Shown here: piece by piece, positions 38,846-51,412 of the stretch
Position numbering within the stretch: the first letter of the stretch is position 1
Layout: each line of letters begins with the position of its first letter
Assembly (NCBI GenBank): GCA_038087875.1
Contig: CM075984.1
Span: forward strand, 41,354,001-41,418,000
From: Malacoraja senta
Lineage: Eukaryota
Length of the DNA: 64,000 bases
Direction: 5' to 3'
Notes under the pieces: generated by a model
Database searches by the model: none
What the model was told of the DNA's origin: nothing
What the model saw: only the letters and a program-made list of their open reading frames with translations
Translations under genes and position numbers: made by a program

Positions 38846-39042
38846 GCTGGCTGGTGTCAGTTAGCAACCTATGTTAGGAAAGATGAAATGTACTTCACAG
38901 AGATCCAAGTATCTCTGTGGCTGCTTTCTTAAAGGCCATTCATGAGAGTTGTCACTTCACAACTGATGATAAAATCCAGGTCAACAAATAAAGCCTTGTA
39001 GTTTTGGTAAATACATTTGTTCAGGTCCAGAATGCCACTCAC

Positions 39043-39208
39043 CTTATTACACTATCCAGACAATTGATTTGCTGATAGCAATATCCAGCATGTTCCTCAC
39101 ATCTTGGTTCATCCACGAGCATGTTCTTTCCAGCACTACTTGTTCCAGTACCCTTGGATGGGCTGGCTTTAACATCTTTAGTCTGTTTACTTGTCTCTTT
39201 TTGTGTTC
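39043..39208 (-). CDS. PER2: PER2 exon 15 with CK1-binding motif A (YQQINCLDSVIR)
   Basis: tttgcag acceptor, gtgagt donor, 166 nt. Confidence 0.93.
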
Positions 39209-39702
39209 CTGCAAAATATATGCCCTTCTACAATGAGAACAATGCGTAAAATTCTGAAGTAAGGAGAGATCAAGTCTTTTGTTAGTTTTCCCTTAATTTA
39301 AAAAAAAAACAGGTCATATTTATTTAAATTGGCTTTTCAAATACTTCAGTCAAAATGAAGCTAGATGTATTATAGCCAGACTCCCTTCGTCTTATTCTTA
39401 TCTGGTTCTCAAAAATGGTAGGAACTGAATATTGAAAAAGTATACATATTCAAGTAAAATTGTAGTCCCAAAGTATTTAAAGGCAAATAGCAACATGTTT
39501 ACATTGTTCCTTACATTGATGTTTTCTATGTAAATCCAAATGACTACATCAGGTCCATATTCACAGAATAAGAGTGAATGAAACAAGCACAGCTGTAATG
39601 GCAAATGTCATTCTTGGACTCATGGTGCTTTTCACTCAGAATTTGTTTAAATCATTTACGTATATGCCTAGATAATGACTGCAAAATAATTAAGTCTATT
39701 AC

Positions 39703-39805
39703 CAGTTCTGTGTCTGCACTTTGATTCACTCTTTATTTTGTTGAATTCTGTCTGTCCTCGAATTCTTCCTGTGTGGGGATCTTTACCAGCTTTCCAAACC
39801 ACCAT
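39703..39805 (-). CDS. PER2: PER2 exon 14, poorly conserved linker (MVVWKAGKDPHTGRIRGQTEFNKIKSESKCRHRT)
   Basis: ctttctttcag acceptor, gtaata donor, 103 nt; supplies the needed phase 0 to 1 bridge. Confidence 0.75.
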
Positions 39806-40180
39806 CTGAAAGAAAGAGACAAGGGACTAAAGGTTAATGATTTCCTCCCAAAATTAATGACTGCTCAAGAGCAGACTCTGCTTTTGAGTCACAAAAAAAC
39901 TAGATAGTGAATTCAGGATGTACTAGGCCAACTGCTGAATGAACTAATGATGGCAGAAAATTGTTAAAGCAGTATTTTCAACTGCATTCAAAGAGTAAAT
40001 GAAAATATTATTAACTCCAGTGCTCCATTTTCTATATGGGAGCTGACAAACTTGTTTCGGTGGTATCATTAGAGTCTCAAAGCCAAATGTTCTCAAAACC
40101 AAGTGCCACCCTTTAACGTAATCTAAAACAACATTTCCATACATTAGTAAGGGAGAGCTTCACAGTCAAAAGACACCTTC

Positions 40181-40225
40181 CCATGGGCATTTAAATTGAG
40201 CCCATCTCAATTTAAATGCCCATGG
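40181..40225. repeat. Perfect 20-bp inverted repeat with 5-nt loop
   Basis: CCATGGGCATTTAAATTGAG-CCCAT-CTCAATTTAAATGCCCATGG. Confidence 0.95.
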
Positions 40226-41052
40226 AAAGGCAAAACTATGTCTCTTGGCAAACGATTCCTTGCATTTTTCAAAGAATAACACAGGTGCCCAGCCATTTTT
40301 TGGCTCAGTCAACATCACTAAACTAGATTATTTCCATATGTTTCTCACTGCCACTTTTGTGCAAAGCTAACTGCTATCTTCTCCTACAATACACTTTTCC
40401 TGCAATACATCACGTTAAAAATAATTTAATTGATTTCAAAGTAATTCGGAATATCTGGAGATCACCAAAAGGCGCTATACAAATGCAAATCCTTTAGAGA
40501 GTCACTATGACTCACGATCAGACATCTTTGTAATTCTTAAGAGTTTTACAAAGAGCAAATATTTATTTGTCTACAAAGCTATATTCATTTAATTGGCTCT
40601 TTCTACTTGTTTTAAGAGCAACAATTTCAGGCTTATCGATGGACAACATCACCTACATGTTATTGTCTGATTATAAGCATTAATTAATAATCATTAAAGA
40701 TCAATAAAGAAATAAATGTAATTCCTACTGAACAAATACGAAATGAATACAAAGCCCCACGATACTGCAGTTTGGAGAATTGAAATTACAAATTTAAGGA
40801 CCGTATATCCTAACTAAACTAAAATAGAGACCCATAAAATCTGGGATACAGAATAAAAATTACTCTAACGAGATTTATATGCAATAAAAATAAACGCACA
40901 ATTTTTTTTCAACTTGCATTTCTGATGTCTGCGTAGATGCAGCCTCGCATTAAGCTGCGATACCAAACATTTCTAGGAGCATAACCCCTGATTTATGCAT
41001 GATAATCAACATATTTGTTTGCATGAATTAGCTTGTGGAAGAGATGACTTAC

Positions 41053-41184
41053 AGGTTTGTGCAGTTGTCTCTCTTCATTGATGTTGCCATTAGTATCAAT
41101 GGAAGAGGCAACACTGATGATCTGTGCATGGGATCTACTACTGACCAAACTTCCATACCCACTGGAACGATTATTGTAAACAGG
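41053..41184 (-). CDS. PER2: PER2 exon 13 with beta-TrCP phosphodegron SSGYGS (41149-41166)
   Basis: ttttag acceptor, gtaagt donor, 132 nt; PVYNNRSSGYGSLVSSRSH. Confidence 0.94.
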
Positions 41185-41287
41185 CTAAAATAAGAAAGCA
41201 TAACTGTCTTAATAGAATTTAAAGCACTGAATTAGACACAAATTGCATTTAAATCTGAAAACACTCATCAATGTGAATTAGTTTTAC

Positions 41288-41396
41288 CTGCAGCAAGAGC
41301 TGTTGAATCTGCTCAGTGATGGTCTGTATTTCAGGATGAAATGCCTTCAATTCACTACAGCCCGGAGCAGCAAACACATCTTCATTCAAAGGACCT
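41288..41396 (-). CDS. PER2: PER2 exon 12 (GPLNEDVFAA...ITEQIQQLLLQ, NES)
   Basis: atgtag acceptor, gtaaaa donor, 109 nt. Confidence 0.95.
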
Positions 41397-41902
41397 CTAC
41401 ATATCAGAAGTTGAAGGGGAGATACAAGACTGAGTACCCATTTTACATCTGTCATCATTTAATATATGTGATTATGAATATGTACAATTTCAAAGATTAT
41501 GTTGCTATGGCCCATTATTTGACAGGCAAATATTCATAATAATAGTTCCAATTTTGTTTTTTGAATACTAGGGCAGTAACTGCAGTCAGATCGACTGGAT
41601 TCACAAAATAATCACTTCATAATTTCAGTCCCTATCATCACCCTGATTAATTAAAAGTATTTAAAATAATTCATAATTTTAGGATACATTTTTTTCCTCT
41701 ACATTAACACCCTTAGTTCTGCACATCCTTGCTACATCTTTTTTCTTTAAACAATCCCTGTTCACCTCTCAGTTAAAAATGATATTAAAAAGACACTGAA
41801 ATAATACCACAACATCAAATCAGTAACTGCTAGATACAATTCTAATTTGTTGCAAAATGTCTAAATTGATCAATCTTCATGATAATAATCCAAAGCACTT
41901 AC

Positions 41903-42056
41903 CTTCGGACTTTGTGTCTTCCGATAATGAAGGATACTTTTCTGCTCCAGGGATTGACAAAACTGGACCAACTGGTGTCAATTGTGATGTATTCACCACT
42001 TTGTGTGCAGAAACGGACTGGTGAATGTTCAAAAGGTTGCCCAGCATTTTTCAGTA
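41903..42056 (-). CDS. PER2: PER2 exon 11, PAS-B/PAC ([30 protein letters not shown])
   Basis: ctttcag acceptor, gtaagt donor, 154 nt; dimerisation Trp of PWSRK is intact. Confidence 0.97.
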
Positions 42057-42230
42057 CTGAAAGAATAAAAAATAATCAAGTAGCAGTTATCTATGTCTGA
42101 AGAAAGTTCCCAATCTGAAACATCACCCATCCTTTTTCTCTAGAGATGTTACCCGACCCACTGTTATCCATGCTGGAAAAAATGACCATCAGATAATAAT
42201 AATAATTAAATATTGCATCTACAAACTTAC

Positions 42231-42337
42231 TTTTTTTATGAATGCTTAGCATGAGAGGTTGATCATCAGGGTGTAGATGCATCATTACAGGCATTCCTAT
42301 GAGATCCTGAGGCAAATAACCTAATAGAGGAACAGCC
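42231..42337 (-). CDS. PER2: PER2 exon 10, PAS-B ([36 protein letters not shown])
   Basis: tcacag acceptor, gtaagt donor, 107 nt. Confidence 0.97.
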
Positions 42338-42680
42338 CTGTGAAAGAAAATGGAATGATTCAATAATTTGCACAATGCAATTTACAATAAGATATTAAAA
42401 ACGCATTGAGTCAAATACAAGGCTGTTTTAAAAATAAAGTTAAACAAAAAAAAACAGAACTATTACCCAAAACGTACTAACTGAAGCATTTAACTGAATT
42501 TAGGTAAATATCATTTGCCCTGTAGGGGGTGAAACCTAGCTTTTAAAACAATTTTGTTCATGTTTCAAGAATGGTAATTTTATTTGGAATTTAATTTTAC
42601 ACAAGGTTTAATACAATTTAGATTAAAAACAAATTGTTTCTTTCCGCCATTGCTGCGAAAATACTTAGTTCTCCACATAC

Positions 42681-42759
42681 CTCTCTTCAATGTCCTGAAA
42701 CACACAGCTGGGTGAGTGAGTGGTGGTAAACACCCTCTTATCATGGGGAATCTTTGGCG
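42681..42759 (-). CDS. PER2: PER2 exon 9 (APKIPHDKRVFTTTHSPSCVFQDIEE)
   Basis: tatcag acceptor, gtatgt donor, 79 nt. Confidence 0.95.
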
Positions 42760-43487
42760 CTGATAAAACATAAAACAAAATGAAACAATTTTAAAAATGT
42801 GCTGTCTAATCAAATTTTCCCTTTTAATCGGTTAAATTAGCCTTGGATCTTTCCAATGGCATCTATTAAGTTAAAAACTTCAAAGCATAATGCTCAGTCT
42901 GCTAATTCTCACACTCAATGTAGTCAACTACAAACGGTGTGCTATGCTTTGAACCAGGTCATACAGCTTCTTAGAATTTCAATATATTAATAACTATCAA
43001 TTTGGTTTTACATATAAATGCACAAGAACTGCAAATGCTGGTTATTACACAAAAGTACACAAAGTGCTGGAGCAACTCGGCAGGTCAGGTAGCATCTCTG
43101 GAGAACATGGATAGTTGACTTTTCGGGAGAAGGGTCTCAACCCAGGACGTCACCTTTCCATGTTCTCCACAGATGCTGCCTGACCTGCCGAGTTGCTCCA
43201 GTACTTTGTGTACGTTAGCTTCTAACAAATATCGTACTCTGAAGAGTACATGCAGTCAGCCTGGCATTAGGGGGCTGTCCAGGCTGCCTTTAAATTAAAA
43301 ATAAGTTCTAATCACTCATTATCTGACTCGTTCTTCCAGTTTTCCAGCTAGCCAGAAAAAATTGGTTGAATTTGGTTGAAGGATGTTACATCATTTAATA
43401 ACAAATATGATTTTGCAGATTTGGGGTGAGGAGAAAACACAATGAGTGTTTCCTTGCGAAAGATAATTTTGTTGATCATAATCTCAC

Positions 43488-43630
43488 CTTCATATCCCGA
43501 ATGCACCCTTTCAGCAAGCATCAGGCAGCATAGTTGGTCATCGTCATCATCAGATGCCCGAACCTTTGTAAGATAAGGCGTCACATGAAACGGATAGTAA
43601 TGGGTGCTCCGATCTCGCTGTTGGTTTCCA
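43488..43630 (-). CDS. PER2: PER2 exon 8, end of PAS-A (YYPFHVTPYLTKV...LCCLMLAERVHSGYE)
   Basis: tcacag acceptor, gtgaga donor, 143 nt. Confidence 0.96.
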
Positions 43631-45207
43631 CTGTGAAATGGATGGTGACAGTAAAGTTCAGAGTCAGACCAAAAATAGTGAAAACAGGTGACTTGCTCCA
43701 GCAGTGCACAACTGAAAGGGCACTGGCACGGCATGAAATTATGGCAACAAACAGTTTCACATCACTCTGGTTATTCCACCAGGTTCTTTCTGGTGTGTTA
43801 TGAGTTTTGCATCAGATGAACCCAAGGGGTGACAATTCACATGAAATGTTCTTTTCGGGGATTGTGAAGGAAATTAGCCCACATTGTCCTGACAGTGACC
43901 AACATGTTTTTACCCGACTGAAACACCATTAAGGTAATTGCAAAAGTTACCATTGGCCTTCAGACCCACAAACCTCTCAGTACAATCTAATCCTCTCCCG
44001 CGCCCAACCCATCAATATCACATATTGAAGATTGGCTCAGGCACCAACTCTCTGCTCACTTGGCAGTCCGATCCCCAAATCTCCACCCAGATTTCCTTCC
44101 TCTACCAACTACTGACCCTCCAATTTCCAACACTCCTTCTTGAGTCTAGTTCTATGACGACTGATCTCTGAATCTACTCCATACTCCTTCTCCAATTAGA
44201 CTCTCTATACTGACCACTGATCATTCATTCACACTAGTTCTCCATTACCCTACTTTGTCATTCACTCCCTACACACTAGCGGCAATTTACAGAGGCCATT
44301 TAACCTATGAACCCGCATGTTTTGGGGCTATGGGAGAAATCCAAAGGTTCAGGTACACTGAAAAGCGCAGAGTCTTAGGCAACAGTCAAGCAGTCTGGAA
44401 GCAGATTTGAAAGTTGGGTTCAAGGTGTTAGATTAGGAGGATTAGCTGGCTCCTGATTGGTACTGCGGTGACAGGGGAGAATGACCAGGTCCAAGGATGG
44501 CAGATGAGGAATGTGAACTCAGCGCTTAAGTGCTCTTAAGGATCTTAGAGGAAAGTGGTGGGCTCCAAAGGATTAGAAGGAATTGAAGGAAATGGAGCTT
44601 TGCAAATTTGTGGTTTGGGCCTAGGGTGGCAGTAGTGATGGGAGAAGGTGTAGTTTGGGCACAAACAGAACTCAATGATGAAAGACAGGTATTGAGAAGC
44701 CCTAGGCCTGCTCAAGAGTGGCCACACACAGGACAATGTGGTCCACATTCACTTGAATTGCTTCCAAAGGATCAGTGCATTGGGAATTACATCAAGGACA
44801 CGACGGGCAAATCACTACCAGGGTTGCCTGGGCAAACATCTGGAGAAACTCAATGTTAATTGTGCATTTCACTCCAGGACAAATTGATTTCATATTGCAT
44901 GGTGCTGGAAAAACAGAATTATGCAATTGAACTTCTGGGTCGATATTTCTATCAATTTTTTAAAAAAGCTGTTTTTTTTGCACAACTTAATGGTTTGGGA
45001 TTTTCTCTGAAGTCTACAGAGCCAGTCATTTTCATAAAGTCCAATCCAGAGCTCCCAAGTACTAGCAAGTTCCTCACAGGTTATATGGGTGATGATCATC
45101 ATACAGATCAGGTCAATGCTCTTGTGTACAGGACCCAGTACCACGATCTTCCCCACACAACCCTTTCACTCGTTGGTTCATTCCTCTCCAACCTTTCCAG
45201 TACTCAC

Positions 45208-45259
45208 CTAATCCGACAGAAGAAGGACTTCTCCTGCATACAATCGAAAGGGGATGAAC
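45208..45259 (-). CDS. PER2: PER2 exon 7 (SSPFDCMQEKSFFCRI)
   Basis: ctttcag acceptor, gtgagt donor, 52 nt. Confidence 0.93.
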
Positions 45260-45537
45260 CTGAAAGACAGCAACAGTAACAAGTTAAGCAATTGCACTTA
45301 ATGGAGATAGACAAAATCTAAGTATCTGCTCATACAGTTAAACACCACATTATTAATTAATGGAGTCTTTTGTGAAGACAAAAGTGTGCAAAAAGATCAA
45401 ATATGATGTTGTCATATTTGGTAACAGTTTTATCAAATGGTGTGATAATCTTCCTGGTATATTCTGCACGACTAAACAAGGTTCTGCCAAGTTTAGAAAT
45501 AACACATGGTTAATAATCTCTAAATGAGAGGGAAAAC

Positions 45538-45592
45538 AGAAACCACATCTTCGACTGCTGAGGCGAGAAACCACATCTTCGACTGCTGAGGC
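45538..45592. repeat. Exact 27-bp tandem duplication (period 28)
   Basis: AGAAACCACATCTTCGACTGCTGAGGC at 45538-45564 and 45566-45592. Confidence 0.9.
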
Positions 45593-46074
45593 CTCAACCT
45601 CAAAATTCCCACTGCAAATGGAGCTAAAAGAAAGCATATTCAGACCATTTCATCCTCAACGTGAACTTTGGGTCCAAGGATCTTCAGTTGCCATCTCGTC
45701 TGGAGTCTTTGACATTCTCACGTTGACAGTGCCATTCTGAGTGAGACGCAATAGGGAGGCGATGGTCAGCTCAAACAAGGTGTGATGCACATCTTCTTCT
45801 GGGAGGATAAGGAAGAAGGGGAACGCAGTCTTCCTGGGGTGGGTTTCTCCACCAAGAATGAACTATGTTGGATCTGCGTGGCTCTCCCTGTGGGATAAAT
45901 GATGCTCACAGCCCTCAGACTCACTCTAATGCAGAATCAACACATTACATTAACCAGTGCATGTGTCCTAATTAAGAAGAGTGTTTGCAGCAATCTTGAG
46001 AAAACCTTGACCATTGAAATAAAATTGTCAGCAAGCTCAATCCACCAGTTTCTCATGCTGTTCAGTGAAGACCA

Positions 46075-46638
46075 GTGCCCGCAGAGATGATGTATAGGGC
46101 CCCAGTGAGACCACACCTGGAGTATTGTGTGCTGTTTTGGTCCCCTAATTTGAGGAAGGACATTCTTGCTATTGAGGGAGTGCAGCGTATGTTTACATGG
46201 TTAATTCCCGGGATGGCGGGACTATCATATGCTGACAGAATGGAGCGGCTGGGCTTGTATACTCTGGAGTTTAGGATGAGAGATCTTATTGAAACATACA
46301 AGATCATTAAGAGTTTGGACACGCTAGAGGCAGGAAACATGTTCCCGAAGTTGAGGGAGTTTAAGAAAAAGGGGCAAGCCATTAAGAATGGAGACGAGGA
46401 AACACTTTTTTCACACAGAGAGTTGTGAGTGTGGAATTCTCTGCCTCAGAGGGCGGGGGAGGCCAGTTCTCTGGACAATTTCAAGAGAGCGCTAGATAGG
46501 GCTCTTAAAGATAGTCAGGGGATATGGGGAGAAGGCAGGAACGGGGAACTGATTGTGGATGATCAGCCATGACCACATTGAATGGTGGTGCTGGCTCGAA
46601 GGGCCGAATGGCCTACTCCTGCACCTATTGTCTATTGA
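46075..46638 (+). mobile_element. CR1-type LINE 3' fragment (ORF2 C-terminus and 3'UTR)
   Basis: YRAPVRPHLEYCVLFWSP..IEGVQR..LGLYTLEFR..DLIETYKI; (CTATTG)n tail. Confidence 0.9.
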
Positions 46639-48074
46639 GAGACTGGAGCAATAAAATCAACAGGTAGATCGACTTACAAGCATGAAAATTATTAAACTGG
46701 TGTCATCAAATAATGCTAGCATGATTTAATCGCATAATGCAAGATCAATAGGGTTGGAATTTGTCATGGTGGCATCTGCTTTGTTATGAAAAGTACACAA
46801 TTTTGGGCAAGCAACCATTATGCCAAAATTGATCAGTCATTCAGCCACTGAGTCTGCCTTGACTATTAAGCACCCATTTACATTAATCCCACTTTATTCC
46901 TTCCATCGTACCATCAACTCCCTGACCCCCCAGGTTTTTTCCCAATAAGGGCAATCTACAGCAGGCCATTAACCTATCATCAGCATATCTTTGATATCAG
47001 AGGTGGAATGTGTAAACGCCACGCAAACTGCTCAAGGTTGACCCTAGGTTGCCGGAGCATGATGTAGCAACTCTAATAGCCATGCCATTGCAGTTTAACC
47101 TGGGAATTATTCTGGGATTAGGAAATCTAAACCATGAAAATTTAAGACATGGTCATTGCTAAAGTAGACAAAAGCAGCCTACATACCTGCTAGCAGTATA
47201 AGTGCTTCTCCCTCATATTAATCTTGCATTTCTTTAAACAAATCAATGGAACAGTCAGTTCTGCAATTGAGTTACTTCCAGTGCATGGTTTCTCAACTAC
47301 GATACCCACCCCAGGAAGACGGCATTCCTTTTCTAATTGGCCATGCCTGAAGACTGTGTGCTGAGCATCTTGTTCTTTGTTAAGATGCCGAGCACACCAA
47401 GGATCATTCAATGTAAGAATGTCTAGGTCTCCAAGCATTGATCACAAATCTGAGCTCCCCAACAAATTTATATAACCCCCCTACTCATCATTTTTTCAAT
47501 GAGAAATGGCCTATTTAACCCTCCTCTTAAAATGCACAACTTAAATATGCGGAAAATCATTTACTGATCTCACACACACACACTCATACCATAAAATGTA
47601 TTAATGCTTTCTTTTAATAGGTCACAGTGGTCCAAGTTTAAACAAAAATCTGCTTATGGGGGACGGTGGAAGCAGGGAAACAATAAGAAAGAAAGAAAAA
47701 GTCTGTTGTTTCTAATAGGGCAGAATTGTAATAATGGATAATTAGCTCACAGCTTTGCTCAATTAATTTTATGAATTAGAGACAGCTCAGAGAGAAATTA
47801 ATACGCAAATGGTCATGGCAGAATGAAGAACAGACACAGTTGATAATATACGATTCATCCATGGAAAAAGTAATAAATGATCTATATTTTACTGTTTTCA
47901 TCTAGGATCATTTGGAAAATTGATTAGAAAAGTTATGTAACTAGACAGCTATACTTCTCCAATCTATGAGCAAAATAACTGCTACGAGAAGAGCACTTTT
48001 TAATGGAGACCATTATATAACAGTATCTCACCCAAAGGCTGTAATAGGATCTGCTGATATCACGATGCACTCAC

Positions 48075-48276
48075 CAGCAGCTTGGCACATGTTCCACAAA
48101 GGAAGTTGAGAAGGCTTTGTAGAGCTGTAGAAAATTCCAATATCTTGTGGAGCAAGGAGTTCTGTGAACTTCTTGCTTTTGAAGACTTCATTATTACAGT
48201 TCAGAATATAGGCGGCTTGGTCAGAGATGTATACAATCTCACCCGTGATTAGGGAAACAGTAACAGCAAAGATATC
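48075..48276 (-). CDS. PER2: PER2 exon 6, PAS-A (DIFAVTVSLITGEIVYISDQAAYIL...ELLAPQDIGIF...LPLW)
   Basis: ttacag acceptor, gtgagt donor, 202 nt. Confidence 0.97.
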
Positions 48277-49379
48277 CTGTAAAACAGAAAATTATTATTT
48301 TTAAAATTAAATATTTATGAATTCTGTATTGATTATATAGAAATGAAGGTCGAGTCATAAACAAACTGAAGTCATTGGCATAGTAGTGTGTATCCTATGC
48401 TGTTAGTTCCAATATACGGTGTAGAAAGGAACTGCAGATGCTGGTTTACACCAAAGATAGACACAAAATGCTGGAGTAACTCAGCGGGTTAGGCAGCATC
48501 TCTGGATAAAAGGAACAGGTGGCGTTTCGGGTCAAGAAAGGTGTCAACCTGAAACGTTCCCTGTTCCTTTTCTCCAGAGATGCTGCCTGACCCGCTGAGT
48601 TACTCCAGCAGTTTGTGTGTAGTTCCAATATACTTTTACAATTAGAGGAACAAATTTTCCTCAGAACTTGTACTGATCTGCATTGCAACACTAAATGGAT
48701 TTTAGCACTCTGCCTGCTTGCATCTCTCATGGGCATTTCAGCTAGCTTCCGATACAGAATTCAAATTATGAACTTTAATCTCAGTAATCCATCATTTGAG
48801 AGAACCCTCTTCAAATAAGAAGATTTTTTGCCCATTCCAGGACTATGAGCACTTAATTCTAAGCATATACCTCAACGGAGCAACAAGGGAGCACACATCC
48901 TCTTGGAAGTATCATTTTGAAGTGGGAAATTAAACCAAGGCCTTGTTTGCTCTCTCAGTTGAACACAAAAGATCACAAGGCATTGTTTAGGCGAAGTACA
49001 AGGAGTTATTCAGTATCCTGATCAGGATTTATCCCTCAGTTATTATTTCTAAAATATCCTCATAACTGCCACTTATGGAAATTTGCTTTGGTGTGTTTCC
49101 AAAAATAACAATAACTGTTACGGAGGTCATGAAAGGAATATGAAAGCAGCTATATAATAGCAAATCTTTCTCTTTCAATCTTGTTGACTTGTAGCTTTAC
49201 CCAACTAACTTGGTTTCTTCTCCTTCAAAGAGGCAACTAATTTTGAACAACCTCAAACTTGCTTGGCTTTCTTAATTGTTAACCATTGACAGGATTTGCA
49301 TTTGACTCTGCATATGAAACACTTCATGCTCAAAGCTATTACAGTTTATGTACTGAACATATTTTTTAAAGCAACTTAC

Positions 49380-49501
49380 AGCATTCTTTGAGGTGTATTC
49401 AGAAATAATATTTTCTACTTCATCAATGGTGAAGGATTTCATGTTCAAGCTATTTGATTCAGTGTCATCATTCATGAGGAACTTGTAGTATTCTTCATTA
49501 G
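49380..49501 (-). CDS. PER2: PER2 exon 5 (ANEEYYKFLMNDD...IISEYTSKNA)
   Basis: ctgcag acceptor, gtaagt donor, 122 nt. Confidence 0.94.
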
Positions 49502-49952
49502 CTGCAGAATGAATTGACAGACATTGTTACAAAATATTTAAATATGGCCAATATTATGCAATTATTTTAAAGAAAAAGCCCAGTTAAAATCTCAAAATGT
49601 TCACAAAACAAGAACCATCTCAAGCCATTATCAGACTTTTACTCTAAAATGAATACATTATCAGACATTGAGGGGGATCCAGCCAAATTGTAGTAATGAA
49701 GTGAAACCTGGAATATTTAATACACTCTTCCATTGAAATAAGAGAGAGAATGGAGACTACTGAAAAACAAAATGCAAATGACGGAAACAGAAATAAAAAC
49801 TAGAAAATACTCAGGTATTTCATATTAAAGATCCTTCATCACAAATGGGAAAGATATAACTGGCTAGTTTTAAGTTGTAGAAAGGATGAAGGTTGGATAG
49901 GACAAAGGGATTTTCTCTACTAAATTGAGGGTTGGGTTCACCTCATTTCATA

Positions 49953-49954
<2 letters not shown>

Positions 49955-49989
<35 letters not shown>
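49955..49989. repeat. (CT)n microsatellite
   Basis: Direct reading. Confidence 0.9.
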
Positions 49990-49992
<3 letters not shown>

Positions 49993-50161
49993 CTGCTCCC
50001 ATTAACCGAAGGACCTAATTTCTTTCAGAGGCAGGTAGGTTTTCTTATTTCAAATATTCTTATGAATGTGTTTTTCTAGCTGGATTGGATACACATAACA
50101 ATGTCTTTCTCATGCCCACCACTTCAAATATGGATTCTCTTTAGAAGTATTAGAAGCCTAC

Positions 50162-50316
50162 CTTGCACTTGTTTTATGCACTGCAATGCATATTTCAGTG
50201 TAGAAAGTGTCCTAGATTTTCCTTTGGCCATCATTTCAGAAGGCAAGTGCTTTTTTAAGCCTGTAAATGCTTTTAGCAACTCTTTCTGTGTCTTTGCTTT
50301 AGCAGATTGGTCGCTA
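50162..50316 (-). CDS. PER2: PER2 exon 4 (SDQSAKAKTQKELLKAF..LKKHLP..KGKSRTLSTLKYALQCIKQVQ)
   Basis: ttgcag acceptor, gtaggc donor, 155 nt. Confidence 0.96.
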
Positions 50317-50654
50317 CTGCAATATAAAAAGATAAACGTACAGCTTTAATTTCATTTTCAAAATAGTTTCAGACAAATGTTCATCGTTATCACAAGCTAC
50401 AATCTTGTATATCGTTGGCTTTTCACAGGTTTCTTTTGAGTTGGCCTTATTTGGTTCAGTAAACTCAACTTTGAGGAGAAAATGCAAAAGTTTATGGAAC
50501 TGTCTTTTATTGATTAGTAGCACTCAATTACACAGAGGAAAAAAAACAACAGCTCCCTAAATGTTTACTTAGATTAAATTAGGCATGCATATCAGCAATA
50601 GTCTATTTTCTTCTCCTGTATCCCTGGGTCAATTGGAGGTAGTAAAACTCATAA

Positions 50655-50854
50655 AGGGCCTGTCCCACTTGCCGATTTTTTTCAGCAACTGCCGGCGTCA
50701 TATCAGTGTCGCCAAAAGATTTAACATTTCAAAATCGCGTCATACATCATCACGCCGCGTCACACGTCATCACGCCACGTATTTTTCTGTGACCTGATGC
50801 GTCAGTCAATGATGCCGGCAGTCGCCGAAAAAATCCCCAAGTTGGACAGGCCCT
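50655..50854. mobile_element. PIF/Harbinger-type MITE, 200 bp, TAA target-site duplication
   Basis: TIRs AGGGCCTGTCCCACTT...AAGTTGGACAGGCCCT flanked by TAA (50652-50654 and 50855-50857). Confidence 0.85.
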
Positions 50855-51282
50855 TAAAGCTCTTCAAAGGAAGGTGAATGGAAAAAAAAGTATCTTGCTA
50901 TTAAACTGCCTCAATCAGCTTGGTAAATAACTTGCTTGCACTGCTTAGAGAAGGAACTAACCCACTTTACTGTGGCGATGAAAAAAAAATAGCACACAAG
51001 CCAAGGAAGGAATTTGTACTCATTAGGGCATTCAGCACAAATAAAAAATATAATCTGCTTGAAATAAAAAGAATGTATCATAATTGTAGAATAGATTGGG
51101 TCAAGCCAGCAAATAAAAAGAATAGCATCCAACATAGGAATAAAGCATGTAAAATATCTAGTGTAATTGTAATAAATCAATATAGGGCCTTTCTTTGTGA
51201 CGATAAAGTTCTAACTTCAATGCATTGCTGAAAGCACGCAAAAGATAGGTTTCCTTTCTTTCTTTCTTCTTCCCCCCCACAT

Positions 51283-51412
51283 CAGTCTGAAGAAGGGTCT
51301 CGACCCGAAACGTCGCCTATTTCCTTCGCTCCATAGATGCTGCCTCACCCACTGAGTTTCTCCAGCATTTTTGTCTACCTTCGATTTTCCAGCATCTGCA
51401 GTTCATTTCTTA
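51283..51412 (+). mobile_element. Single arm of the fold-back family, with the best-preserved hammerhead-like core (51287-51314)
   Basis: CTGAAGA-A-GGGT(CTCG)ACCC-GAAA-CGTC followed by the family arm. Confidence 0.7.
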
